A stretch of DNA of 64,000 nt, from assembly GCA_031552845.1 (NCBI GenBank), contig JAVBMC010000046.1, forward strand, positions 863-64,862. Direction: 5' to 3'. Positions 18,075 through 27,600 of this stretch are shown here, one piece after another. Numbering within the stretch: the stretch's first letter is position 1; the number at the start of each line of letters is the position of its first letter. The stretch is from Kiritimatiellia bacterium (GTDB lineage: Bacteria > Verrucomicrobiota > Kiritimatiellia > RFP12 > DVOR01). The position numbers and the translations under genes are program-made. The notes under the pieces were generated by a model. That model ran no database searches and was not told the origin of the DNA. It was given only the letters and a program-made list of their open reading frames with translations.

Positions 18075-18153
18075 GGCGGTTTCGGCGAAACCTACCCTAC
18101 CTTTGAGAGTAGGGCTGACGCGGTTGTTGGGTAGGGCGATGTTCGCCGAGCGC
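18075..18153. repeat. Palindrome-plus-hairpin repeat element (GGCGGTTTCGGCGAAAC ... CCCTACC-TTTGAGA-GTAGGG ... GTTCGCCGAGCGC)
   Basis: 13-bp perfect palindrome GTTTCGGCGAAAC at 18079..18091, followed by hairpin CCCTACCTTTGAGAGTAGGG. Related copies at 16393..16408 (reverse complement), 41841..41856 and 43207..43248. Confidence 0.7.
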
Positions 18154-18382
18154 GCCGTGTGGGGTAATGGTGTGTGGGTAAAGTTCACACGGAGATACGG
18201 AAGCGTGGAGAGAGCTGTAGAGAGTAGATTTGATGCGCACACACTCTCCATCTGCGTTCATCTGCGAAATCAGCGGATAAAGTTATCCACAGACGACACA
18301 GGTTTGCACAGAAAATTAACGGTGGCTTCGATGTACACGCTATTTATTTTCAATTCTCACTCTCTTTTCCTTTTTTTAGACT

Positions 18383-18410
18383 TGATTGAGAGTCAAAACA
18401 GGCGTATAAT
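18383..18410 (+). promoter_or_regulatory. Sigma70-type promoter TTGATT-N16-TATAAT
   Basis: TTGATT 18383..18388 and TATAAT 18405..18410, about 90 nt upstream of the 18503 start. Confidence 0.5.
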
Positions 18411-18502
18411 GCGACTGTACGCTGGTTAAATAATTCTGCTTGTACGGAGCAGCCACCCAATTTATCCGGCATAGGTCGCTAATGCCTTTTAAAGGAGGCC
18501 CC

Positions 18503-19429
18503 ATGATTAGACGAAGTCTAGGTCGTTTTGTGCCGATATTTTATTTATTATGCGTATTTGGATTACCGGTCTTTCCAGATCAGGCCATCGTTGACAAATC
18601 GCTGCTGGCGGATGATTCGTTGTTGATCCGCTCGCCATCAGACTTACAGCTGTTGTTGTATCAATGGCAGCAGCTGTCGGTGCCGTCGGTAGAACCGTCG
18701 GTTAAAGATGCAGGCATGTTTATATTTTCGCCGGATGGCATGGAATCGGAGTCGTTCTTTAACGCGCTATTGCCTGATCCGAGTCATGCGAATGCTTCGG
18801 TTGTTTTCGTAGAGGATGATGATTTGTCGGGGTATACGTTTTTTTATGATTTGCTGGGTGATCCGATTTATGCGCTTCCATTGCTAGATACCGTAACCGA
18901 TGGCGACGATGGCATCACTTTACGGGTATCGCTGTGGACATTCTTCAATCGAAACCGTAGTGAAACAGAGTTTGAAACTTTGCTGAGTAATTTACAACGT
19001 AGCCGCGGTATCTCAGGGAACAGCCGTAAGCTGGAACGGTTGGCACGCCTGATGTTGGAGCGCAATGCAATTCTGAGCCGTCCGGCGGCGGCCTTTGCGG
19101 AGACCAATGATTTCACGGAACGCCAGCGAGCGCTCGAGCCGAATGATGAACCGAGTTTATCAAAGGTCGTTTATGTGGATGCCAAGCAAGGGAATGATTC
19201 GCTCTCCGGCCGGGCGGCATCTGTAAAGAGCGGGCATGAAGGCCCTAAGCGAAGCGTGCGCAGCGGTGTTGCCGAGTTGGTTGAGGAAGATGTACTAGTC
19301 ATTCGTGAAGGACATTATGCCGAAGATCTGAACCTGCGTGATAAAGATGTGCGGGTGCGGATTGAAGGGACGGTTGTGTTAAGAGATGTCATTGATAGCG
19401 ATACAGCGAAAGAGCAGGTGACCCCATGA
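18503..19429 (+). CDS. Secreted hypothetical protein ending in the first turns of a right-handed beta-helix (DUF1565-like) motif
   Basis: ATG at 18503 with strong RBS AAAGGAGG. Signal peptide MIRRSLGRFVPIFYLLCVFGLPVFP. C-terminal VVYVDAKQGNDSLSGRA...GVAELVEEDVLVIREGHYAEDL resembles the start of pectate-lyase-like beta-helix proteins, but the ORF stops after ~60 aa of that domain. Confidence 0.6.
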   Translation: MIRRSLGRFVPIFYLLCVFGLPVFPDQAIVDKSLLADDSLLIRSPSDLQLLLYQWQQLSVPSVEPSVKDAGMFIFSPDGMESESFFNALLPDPSHANASVVFVEDDDLSGYTFFYDLLGDPIYALPLLDTVTDGDDGITLRVSLWTFFNRNRSETEFETLLSNLQRSRGISGNSRKLERLARLMLERNAILSRPAAAFAETNDFTERQRALEPNDEPSLSKVVYVDAKQGNDSLSGRAASVKSGHEGPKRSVRSGVAELVEEDVLVIREGHYAEDLNLRDKDVRVRIEGTVVLRDVIDSDTAKEQVTP

Positions 19430-20412
19430 GTATGCGATGGAATAAATGCATGTTACCCGGCGTGCTGGGATGCTGCTTGAGATTGAGTGTGCATGGAGAC
19501 ACGTTGGAGACTGACGCGGTGAAGGCAGATGAAGTTATTTTGCAGACGCTGTCATTTCGGCCGACGGTAACAACCGATGCATTCGCGCATTATCGTTTTG
19601 TAACGTCTGCTACTGTGACCAACGATACAACAGCCAATAAAAATATTTTGATCAGATCTAGTGCTGTTTGGTCCGCTACCGGTTATGCGGGCGGTGTTGG
19701 CGGTGGACTATCATTTGATGGAACGGCAGACTATGTGTATACCCCCACTGCCAGAGCTGTAACGCCAATGCCGACGTGGAACGCCTATTCCGTCAGCATG
19801 TGGTTTTTTCACAATGGCGGCGGTAAATTTGATGCGACACATTATCACCCTTTGTTGGACAAGAGCACCACAAAAATCGGCACCTTTCTAGCCTTAGACC
19901 CCACCGGTATTTCCGGTCCGGTTGGCTCGTTGACATTTCAAACTTTTGGAGTAACGCCTATTTGTTCCATGCGGGATGCTACTAAAAACTATATGGATAA
20001 CACTTGGCATCACGTGGTATTGATTAAAAATGATTCTAACGGGCAGTTATGGGTTGACGGTGAGCTGAAGGATCAAACTTCGGATTTGGCCTGTGTGACG
20101 AATACTTCCGGTCTTTTCTTCGGGAGACGCTCCACATCTTTTGAGAGTGGTTCAACTGCTCCCAGCTGGAGTGGGCTGATGGATGAGATTCAAATATTCA
20201 AACGTGCGTTGGAGCCTTCAGAGGTGACGAATCTCTTTGTGCATAATGGACCGTTTCCACTGAAGACGGCGCTTGAGGTAACCACTAATCTAACGGTGAA
20301 TGGTGATGTCCACGTAGGAGGCCGTTTGTCTTTCACAGGTGAGAAGATGCAGTTGCGGGCTTCAGGTGATGTGGAGTGCGGGATTTTCAGCAACGGTGTG
20401 ACTGTTCCCTAA
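19426..20412 (+). CDS. Secreted LamG/concanavalin A-like lectin domain protein 1
   Basis: Start overlaps the upstream stop (ATGA). LamG_3-like motifs: LSFDGTADYVYTP, WHHVVLIKNDSNGQLWVDGEL, SGLMDEIQIFKRALEPSEVTNLF. C-terminal module L.V.G.V..G...........GDVECGIFSN. Confidence 0.75.
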   Translation: MSMRWNKCMLPGVLGCCLRLSVHGDTLETDAVKADEVILQTLSFRPTVTTDAFAHYRFVTSATVTNDTTANKNILIRSSAVWSATGYAGGVGGGLSFDGTADYVYTPTARAVTPMPTWNAYSVSMWFFHNGGGKFDATHYHPLLDKSTTKIGTFLALDPTGISGPVGSLTFQTFGVTPICSMRDATKNYMDNTWHHVVLIKNDSNGQLWVDGELKDQTSDLACVTNTSGLFFGRRSTSFESGSTAPSWSGLMDEIQIFKRALEPSEVTNLFVHNGPFPLKTALEVTTNLTVNGDVHVGGRLSFTGEKMQLRASGDVECGIFSNGVTVP

Positions 20413-20423
20413 TGGAGTCTATC

Positions 20424-21479
20424 ATGAAGCGATTAATTTTAAGTGTTTGGATTTGCTGTTTAGGGCTTGGCCTTACAGCAGCTGTGCTGGTGACAGATAT
20501 TGTAAAAACGGATGAGGTGCTGACAAAGGCTTTAGTATTGCAGCCTTTATTTCCGACGGATGCGTATGCCAACTATCAGTTTTTGACTTCGGCATCTTCG
20601 GCCTCCGACTCGAGCACCAATGGATTCACAGTAGTGAAAACCGGCGTCACGTGGAGAAACGCGACCTATGCCTATGCAAATGGCGGGTGCATGTATTTCG
20701 ATGGCAAAGGGGCTTTTCTGACGGTGACCAATAAATTGGAGTTGGCGGCATTTCCGGCATGGGAACAGTACTCCGTCAGCATCTGGTTCAAGCATGATGG
20801 CAAGGGTACCATTGGCCAGCATCATATGTTATTCGATAAAAGCGCCAGCGATACTGTTTGCATGTTAAGCTTGGATAACGGCACTTGTTTTCCCGGCGCG
20901 CCCGACTACGCACCTTTGGTGTTTTGGCTATACGATGAAGGCATAGATCAAATGATTTTCCTTTCGACGGATGCTATCTGGAATTTTGGCGTCTATCCGG
21001 AAGGCACGGATGAAGCGGACTATGAACCGTTCGACTACAGAGATAACCAATGGCATCATGTGGTTGTCGTGCGCAATGGTCCCGTCGGGGAGCTTTGGGT
21101 GGATGGTCGGTTGAACGATTCAACCGCGAACGGTTGGTGGGACGATATGTTTAACGTAACGAATGCCTCTAATTTGTATTTCGGGCGATGCTCGCCTTGG
21201 TATGAAGCTGCCTCATCTTCTACGGTTGTCAGCTGGAGCGGGATGATGGACGAGATCCAAATCTTTGACCGTGCGTTGAGTGCCCGTGATATCGTCAATC
21301 TATTTCAACGCGGTACGCCGATTGAACCGCTGACAGCAGTCGCTGTCCCTGCAAGTTTGGCTATTCAAGGTGAACTGACGGTGACGGGTCAAGTCTCCTG
21401 TGTCGGCACGACTTATCTGCGTCCGATGGGGGACCTCTCTTGCGGCGATTTTACGAACAGCCCTGCACTTCAGCCTTGA
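20424..21479 (+). CDS. Secreted LamG/concanavalin A-like lectin domain protein 2 (paralog)
   Basis: ATG at 20424 after GGAG. Signal peptide MKRLILSVWICCLGLGLTAAV. LamG-like motifs: MYFDGKGAFLTV, WHHVVVVRNGPVGELWVDGRLND, SGMMDEIQIFDRALSARDIVNLF. C-terminal GDLSCGDFTN. Confidence 0.75.
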   Translation: MKRLILSVWICCLGLGLTAAVLVTDIVKTDEVLTKALVLQPLFPTDAYANYQFLTSASSASDSSTNGFTVVKTGVTWRNATYAYANGGCMYFDGKGAFLTVTNKLELAAFPAWEQYSVSIWFKHDGKGTIGQHHMLFDKSASDTVCMLSLDNGTCFPGAPDYAPLVFWLYDEGIDQMIFLSTDAIWNFGVYPEGTDEADYEPFDYRDNQWHHVVVVRNGPVGELWVDGRLNDSTANGWWDDMFNVTNASNLYFGRCSPWYEAASSSTVVSWSGMMDEIQIFDRALSARDIVNLFQRGTPIEPLTAVAVPASLAIQGELTVTGQVSCVGTTYLRPMGDLSCGDFTNSPALQP

Positions 21480-21509
21480 TCTGATGACTCTTAATATTGG
21501 TGTGATTTT

Positions 21510-24500
21510 ATGAAATATTCGGTTCTATTACGCTTCAATTTTTTTGCTTGCGCCAGTTTGGTTATGGCCGCTTGGGTACACAGCGCGGTGACTACGGTTA
21601 CTACCCTCGATTCGACCGAAGTACAAACTGAGGCCATTCACCCGCTCCTCGCGACGCAAAAGATCGTACGGGTACAAGGCGGCCTAGATATTGCACACGA
21701 CTTGACCGTCCAAGGCAACACCCATTTGGCAACAGGTATGCTTCTGGTTCCGCCGCTGGGCGATGTGTCTATGGGGAGTTTTACAAACGATCTAACTGAG
21801 GCTCCGGCTTGGTGGTCCGACTATGGCGTAATCAACCCCGAGAGCCAGCCGAATGACTATGCGGCGGTTATACAAGGGCAAGTCAAGTGGATGGCTCTTT
21901 GTGCGGCTGAAATGCTGAATGACGTGTTGCGTTATGTTGGCGGTGCCGGTGAAGCGGTTAATGATTTGGTTGACTCATTGACGTTGGGCAATAACACATT
22001 GCCAACCAGCTTAGGACAGCTTAAAAATACGGCATTGCCGTTCTGGGAGCGGATGATTCAGGTTGGATTAGTGGAGGAACTGCCATGGCAGGGCGAGAGC
22101 AGCGATTACAGCATTGCTAGTATTGGACAAGCTAAATATTTGTTCAATTTGCCCCTAGATGCCACGGACTCGGATGGCGATGGCTTGCCTGATTTTCTTG
22201 AACGGCTTTTAGGCACTGATCCTCTTGTCGCCGATAGCGATAATGACGGATTGTCCGATGGTTGGGAGGTTGAGCACGGCTTTGATCCGCTGGATGCAAC
22301 GGATGCTCTACGCGATAGTGACAATGACGGGATGCCCGATGCGTGGGAAATACAGCATAATCTAAACCTAAATGACGCAAGTGATGCCCTTCTTGATCCT
22401 GATTGTGACGGGCTGACTAACTTGGAAGAATACCGAAACGGCACCCACCCGTTCAACTCCGATACAGACGGAGACGGCTTTACGGATGGTTGGGAAGTGA
22501 TGGTTGGCCTCAAGCCTCTTGACCCGATGGATGGGGCAAGCATGATGGCCAATCTTCCGCCACAGGCGAATATTCCGATGGCGTGCTTTACCAACCATCT
22601 AGACACAAACTATCCGGTCGATCTTTCTCCTAGTCCGCTCAACCCTTGGTATGTTGCGTGTGATTATACAAAACTTTGGTGGATGAATGATGGTTTGCTT
22701 GCTACGGTGATTGGCAATAATGATTTTGCTGCCGTCACACAAGGGCAAGCGAAACTGCTATTCGCGAAAGCCGCTGAGCGCGTTGACCATGTATTTCGTT
22801 TTGCTGGAGGAGCAGGCGATGAAATTCGTGGGTTTATTGAATCCTTGCCTGCGGCTAATGATGACCTGCCGGTTACGGTCGGCATACTTCAAACAGGGAT
22901 CAATTGTTTTCAGAACCGATTCAAACAAATTTCGGCGATGCCATCTTCTCTGAATTCGCCATGGCTGAATGACATCCAGCTGATCGATTATTTTTTAGAG
23001 GAGACTTGGAGCCATTATCCGGCTAATGTCGGACAACTCAAATCATTGGTTCTATTTTCGGGACTCTTAGAAGATACTGATGATGACGGATTTCCAGACG
23101 TACTTGAGCTTTGCTGGTACGCAACTAGGCCTGAAAATCCTGATTGTGATGATGATGGCTTGTTGGATGGCGAAGAAATATTTACTTATGGTACAGAGCC
23201 ATGGGCATGGGATACAGACGGTGATTATTTTTCAGACGGATGGGAGGTTGAACATGGCTTTGATCCATGGGGGCCAAACGATGCACAATCAATCGACAGT
23301 GATAATGATGGAATACCGGATGCGTATGAACTCTATTGGTTTGGTGATTTAGAGACGGTTAGCGGAAATTATTGTACCGAGTCAGGGTTTATGTTGAGCG
23401 CCTTACTTGCACATAAAGCAGGAGCCTCGCATCACATGTACGAGTACGGGCCAACTCCGTGGGACAATCCGCTCTATGATTTCTATGAATCTGACGAGAA
23501 TGTGAGAGGCATTCAACTTGTTAATTACTTTGGTCTATGGCCATTGCAATACATGACAGATGTGGTTTATGAGCGAACTTTTTCCATTGACCCAAGGCCG
23601 GGACAACACGTTTTTATTGCGGACTCTGCAAGGAATGGGAGCGTTTTCGGATTGTGTGCCTTGCTGTTGGAATGGGAAGATTCAAACGGTAAGCGAGGTG
23701 AGATATGGGGCGGATGGTACGACGGCTTCATTCGACTTCCCGTCTCGCTTTACAATTTGACCTCTATTACGATTCGCTTGAGAGCAACCGGTGGATTTGG
23801 TTCACAGTGTACTTGTACTCCAATCGATCTTTTATTCATCACCGATGAAGCTTGGGCGATAGATAGTGATGGCGATGGATTGACAGATGTGTTGGAAGAG
23901 GAGTATGGAACCGACCCGCTCGTGTATGACACTGACGGGGATGGGTTGTCAGATGGATTGGAAATTACCTTCGGAACCAATCCGCTCCTAGCAGATAGTG
24001 ACGGGGATGGACAGTTAGATGGTTGGGAGGTCGCTCACTTGACCGATCCGCTGAATGCGAAGGGCGGTGTGCTACTCGACACGGATGGCGATGGCATGCC
24101 CGATCTCTGGGAACAGTTTTACGGATTGGATCCATTTGATCCCACGGATGCGGATTTAGACCCGGATGGAGATGGCTTGACGAATTGGCAGGAACTCCAA
24201 GCCGGAACCTATCCCTTCGTTTGGGATACGGATGGTGATGGCATGCCGGATGGCTGGGAAGTCGAACATGGGTTGAATCCCTTGAATCCTGATGACGCGT
24301 TACTGGATGCGGACAATGACGGGCTTACGAATCTTGAGGAGTTTCAGAAAGGGAGCAATCCGAATCGGGTCGATAGCGATGGTGACGGATTTGCTGACAA
24401 ATGGGAACTGGACAATGGCTTTAATCCCGCTGCTCCGGGCGATGTGACGGTTGACAGCAATAATAATGGTTTCGATGATGATGAAGAAAACCGTTGGGGC

Positions 24501-24668
24501 GCAGACCGCCCCGCGCCAACAGATGATCCCTCTAGGACAATCCGTTATTATTACGACGACGATGATCGCTTGATAGGCAGCTATTTCGGCGCTTCCCAAA
24601 GCGCGACCACGACAATTTATTCCCCTGCCGGTAACCCAATCATGAGACACACAAGAGGTTCAAAATGA
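21510..24668 (+). CDS. Large secreted protein with multiple thrombospondin type-3-like Ca-binding repeat blocks (D.D.DG..D..E) and an internally duplicated ~120-aa module
   Basis: Signal peptide. More than 25 D.D.DG..D motifs (for example TDSDGDGLPDFLE, DSDNDGLSDGWEVEHGFDPLD, DPDCDGLTNLEEY). Repeated module DYAAVIQGQVK...GGAGE...GQLK. An N-terminal GDVSMGSFTN motif is shared with the LamG proteins. The 3' end overlaps the RHS gene start. Confidence 0.75.
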   Translation: MKYSVLLRFNFFACASLVMAAWVHSAVTTVTTLDSTEVQTEAIHPLLATQKIVRVQGGLDIAHDLTVQGNTHLATGMLLVPPLGDVSMGSFTNDLTEAPAWWSDYGVINPESQPNDYAAVIQGQVKWMALCAAEMLNDVLRYVGGAGEAVNDLVDSLTLGNNTLPTSLGQLKNTALPFWERMIQVGLVEELPWQGESSDYSIASIGQAKYLFNLPLDATDSDGDGLPDFLERLLGTDPLVADSDNDGLSDGWEVEHGFDPLDATDALRDSDNDGMPDAWEIQHNLNLNDASDALLDPDCDGLTNLEEYRNGTHPFNSDTDGDGFTDGWEVMVGLKPLDPMDGASMMANLPPQANIPMACFTNHLDTNYPVDLSPSPLNPWYVACDYTKLWWMNDGLLATVIGNNDFAAVTQGQAKLLFAKAAERVDHVFRFAGGAGDEIRGFIESLPAANDDLPVTVGILQTGINCFQNRFKQISAMPSSLNSPWLNDIQLIDYFLEETWSHYPANVGQLKSLVLFSGLLEDTDDDGFPDVLELCWYATRPENPDCDDDGLLDGEEIFTYGTEPWAWDTDGDYFSDGWEVEHGFDPWGPNDAQSIDSDNDGIPDAYELYWFGDLETVSGNYCTESGFMLSALLAHKAGASHHMYEYGPTPWDNPLYDFYESDENVRGIQLVNYFGLWPLQYMTDVVYERTFSIDPRPGQHVFIADSARNGSVFGLCALLLEWEDSNGKRGEIWGGWYDGFIRLPVSLYNLTSITIRLRATGGFGSQCTCTPIDLLFITDEAWAIDSDGDGLTDVLEEEYGTDPLVYDTDGDGLSDGLEITFGTNPLLADSDGDGQLDGWEVAHLTDPLNAKGGVLLDTDGDGMPDLWEQFYGLDPFDPTDADLDPDGDGLTNWQELQAGTYPFVWDTDGDGMPDGWEVEHGLNPLNPDDALLDADNDGLTNLEEFQKGSNPNRVDSDGDGFADKWELDNGFNPAAPGDVTVDSNNNGFDDDEENRWGADRPAPTDDPSRTIRYYYDDDDRLIGSYFGASQSATTTIYSPAGNPIMRHTRGSK

Positions 24669-27600
24669 AGTTTTTTTGGAAACTATTAATCGTTTGCTGT
24701 TACTTCGCTGTCACACTACAAGCTCAAGAAAGTGAGTCGCCGTCCGGTTGGTTAATTAGTGTGGCAGATAGCGAAATACCTCCTCTTAGTGATTGGCCTC
24801 AGGTATCGGTGCCTTCAAAACCTCCGCTATCCGTACGGAGCAAGGCAACGGCTGCTGCAAATCGTTTGATGGCTACGTCCCAACAGGCACCTGAGCGCGT
24901 TTTGCCGACTGTGCTTGATCTTGGCTTGCAGCAAACTTTGCCTGCATCGGATATGGCCTTAATTAAGGAATTGGCGCGTGGACTGGATTATGATTGGGAG
25001 AAGTGTTATTACTTTGTCCGTAATCATATTAATTATGTGCCGTGTGGTGGCATTATGCGAGGCCCGGAACGAACCCTTTTGGATAGAGAGGGTAATGATG
25101 CTGATCAAGCATTCTTATTACTGGCATTGTTGAGAGCTTCCGGTTATACGGCAACAATTCTACACGTGCCATTGACTCAGGTAAGCGGTCAACCGACCCA
25201 AGGATTCTGCGTGCCGATAGCCAATCAAAACGGGGAATTGGTTTATAATGCTGCCGATTGGTTGGGAGGAAAGAGCTTCAACTCATTGCAGGAGGCTGGT
25301 GACGGAGTGGCACAGTGTCTGCAGATCGCTAAACGATCGTTAAGAGGAATTACGGATACCGCCACTGGAATCAGAATGATTGTTACTGATCACTTTTGGG
25401 TTTCGTTGACTCTGGATGGCGAAACAAAATGGCTTGATCCATCCTTTAAACCCGTTCGTCGAACATCTGTCCGCTCAATTTTGGACGATATGGGATATCA
25501 GCGTAACTCGCTTCTACAATCAGCCAATGGCGTTGTGAATCCCAATTCCGTCAGTAACCTGACGTTCAATGGTATAAAAACTCAATTGGGTTTATGCGTC
25601 GATAATCTAAGAACGCTCTGGGCCGACACGAATATTAATGCTTCGGCCTATGTTGGTAAGGTTGAAATCGTCGAGCAAACTGACTCCGAGTACTTTCATG
25701 GTTCTGTTTTCGGCACCCCGTCCGATTTTCTGGCAAAATCCCAGACAGATAAAAATGGTTTTAGAGTACCGATGAAATTGAATGTCTCAATATCTGGGCC
25801 ATCGGCTAATTTATATTTGGACGAGGTCGGCCCCCGTCGTCTCTGGGTGAGTTATGTAAGTGGAAGCGGTTCTACAGGGTATAAGACGGCTCTCAAGTTA
25901 GACACCATCACATTGGCGGAGGCATCAGCCGCATCTACCGCAATCGACGAGACAATGACCCTTGAAGTTAATTATTTTTCGACCAAGCACTCTGCCAATT
26001 ATTCTTTTAAGCGTGCTTTGACGAGTGCTTATGCGATTGTTGTCGGATTTGGTGGAGATCATCGGGATGGTATGCGTGTGTGGACCGCCGAGCAATTGGC
26101 CAATCTACGCGTGACCGCGCCTGCGAGTGATATACAGTTGGTTGCGGCCTCTCTGCAAGTGGCAGGGCACCAATGGCTTGCGCAAACGGCAATGATGCGC
26201 TCTTTTCGAAATAAAGTTTTTAACTATAATCGGCAACAGTTTTACAATATAGGGGTTGCCGGACAAGCTAGTTCTCCTTATGTTGATGTGAGAAACTCTT
26301 ATAGTTACACACCGGATGATGTTCAAGATTTGGACGGTGGCATGCTGTTTTCGAGCGCATTGGAACATGCGGTGCTTGATCAACTCAATGGAACGAACCG
26401 TCCGGCCGTTTCAACCATCAAAGTGTTGGAGCTTGCAAATACTGCAGGAGTTCCGGTATATTTTGCGACGAGTGCAAACTATGCTACAATCAGGGGAAGT
26501 CTGCTGAATTATACCACAGATCAGCTTGCTTCCTTTGCGACAGCAGTTGGAGCTGGACGTAAACTATTAGTGCCAAGAGATGCACGCATCCGTTTGAAGG
26601 ATTGGACGGGGTATGGGTATATTGAGCAAGGCCCAGCATCGATCGGTAACCAAACTTATACTACCAGTATGGCAATTGGCGGTGGGTTTGCTGGCGGCTA
26701 TGCTGCTGTTGACAACTTTGTATTAGATCCTCCGCCTGCCGTACTTGATCATTCTATTTTACCGAATGCTGCAACGCCAGAAATGACCCAGGCCGATCCC
26801 GTCACCATGCCGGCAGGTGCCTACATTGATTCGAGTACAGATATTGCTGATATTGGAGCTGTTCCGGTAATATGGACGCGCCAGTATGATTCACGCAAAC
26901 GTTATGCGAATGGTCCGCTGGGACGAGGATGGATTCACAATTATGAGGCCTCTGTCACCCTCTCCAGCGACCCTGATGCGATTTTTGGCCATGCTTCTCT
27001 CGAGGCCGTCCTTCCGACGGTAGTGGCGATGGCGGCAGTGGAGGACATGCTTGCTAAGCAAAAGACTGCGTTGACATCTGGAGAGCAGGCCAAGTGCTGG
27101 ATGGTTGCGGCATTGACGGTGCAATGGTGGGTTAGCCGATTTGTCGATGCAACGGCTGTCGTTAATTTGGGCAATAAAACATTGTCTTTTCAAGCTAGGA
27201 CAACCGGCAAGCCGCAGGGCGAAGAAGCGGTTGTTTACGTGCCCTATCCCGGAGTGACAGCAACGCTGGTGAAAAAACCTCTGGAAAAGAGGCTTCACTT
27301 AATAGAACGTCTTGGGGCAACTTTTTGCTTTGACGAAACCAAGAGCAACAGATTGGCCGAAATTGTTCACTCCGCGGGGAGTCATACAGAGTTGAAGTAT
27401 GATACTTCTGGCAAACTTTCTATTATCACCAATAGTTCCTCTCGTACGGCGTTATCAGTAAAATGGAATACTGCTAATCGGATTGTCGGCGTGACGAATT
27501 GTTTTAAAGCGGGTGTTGGATATACGTATGATAGCAAGGGATGTTTGACACAGGCAAAAGACGCGCTCGGGCAGTCTTGGATATCGACTTACGATCCCGT

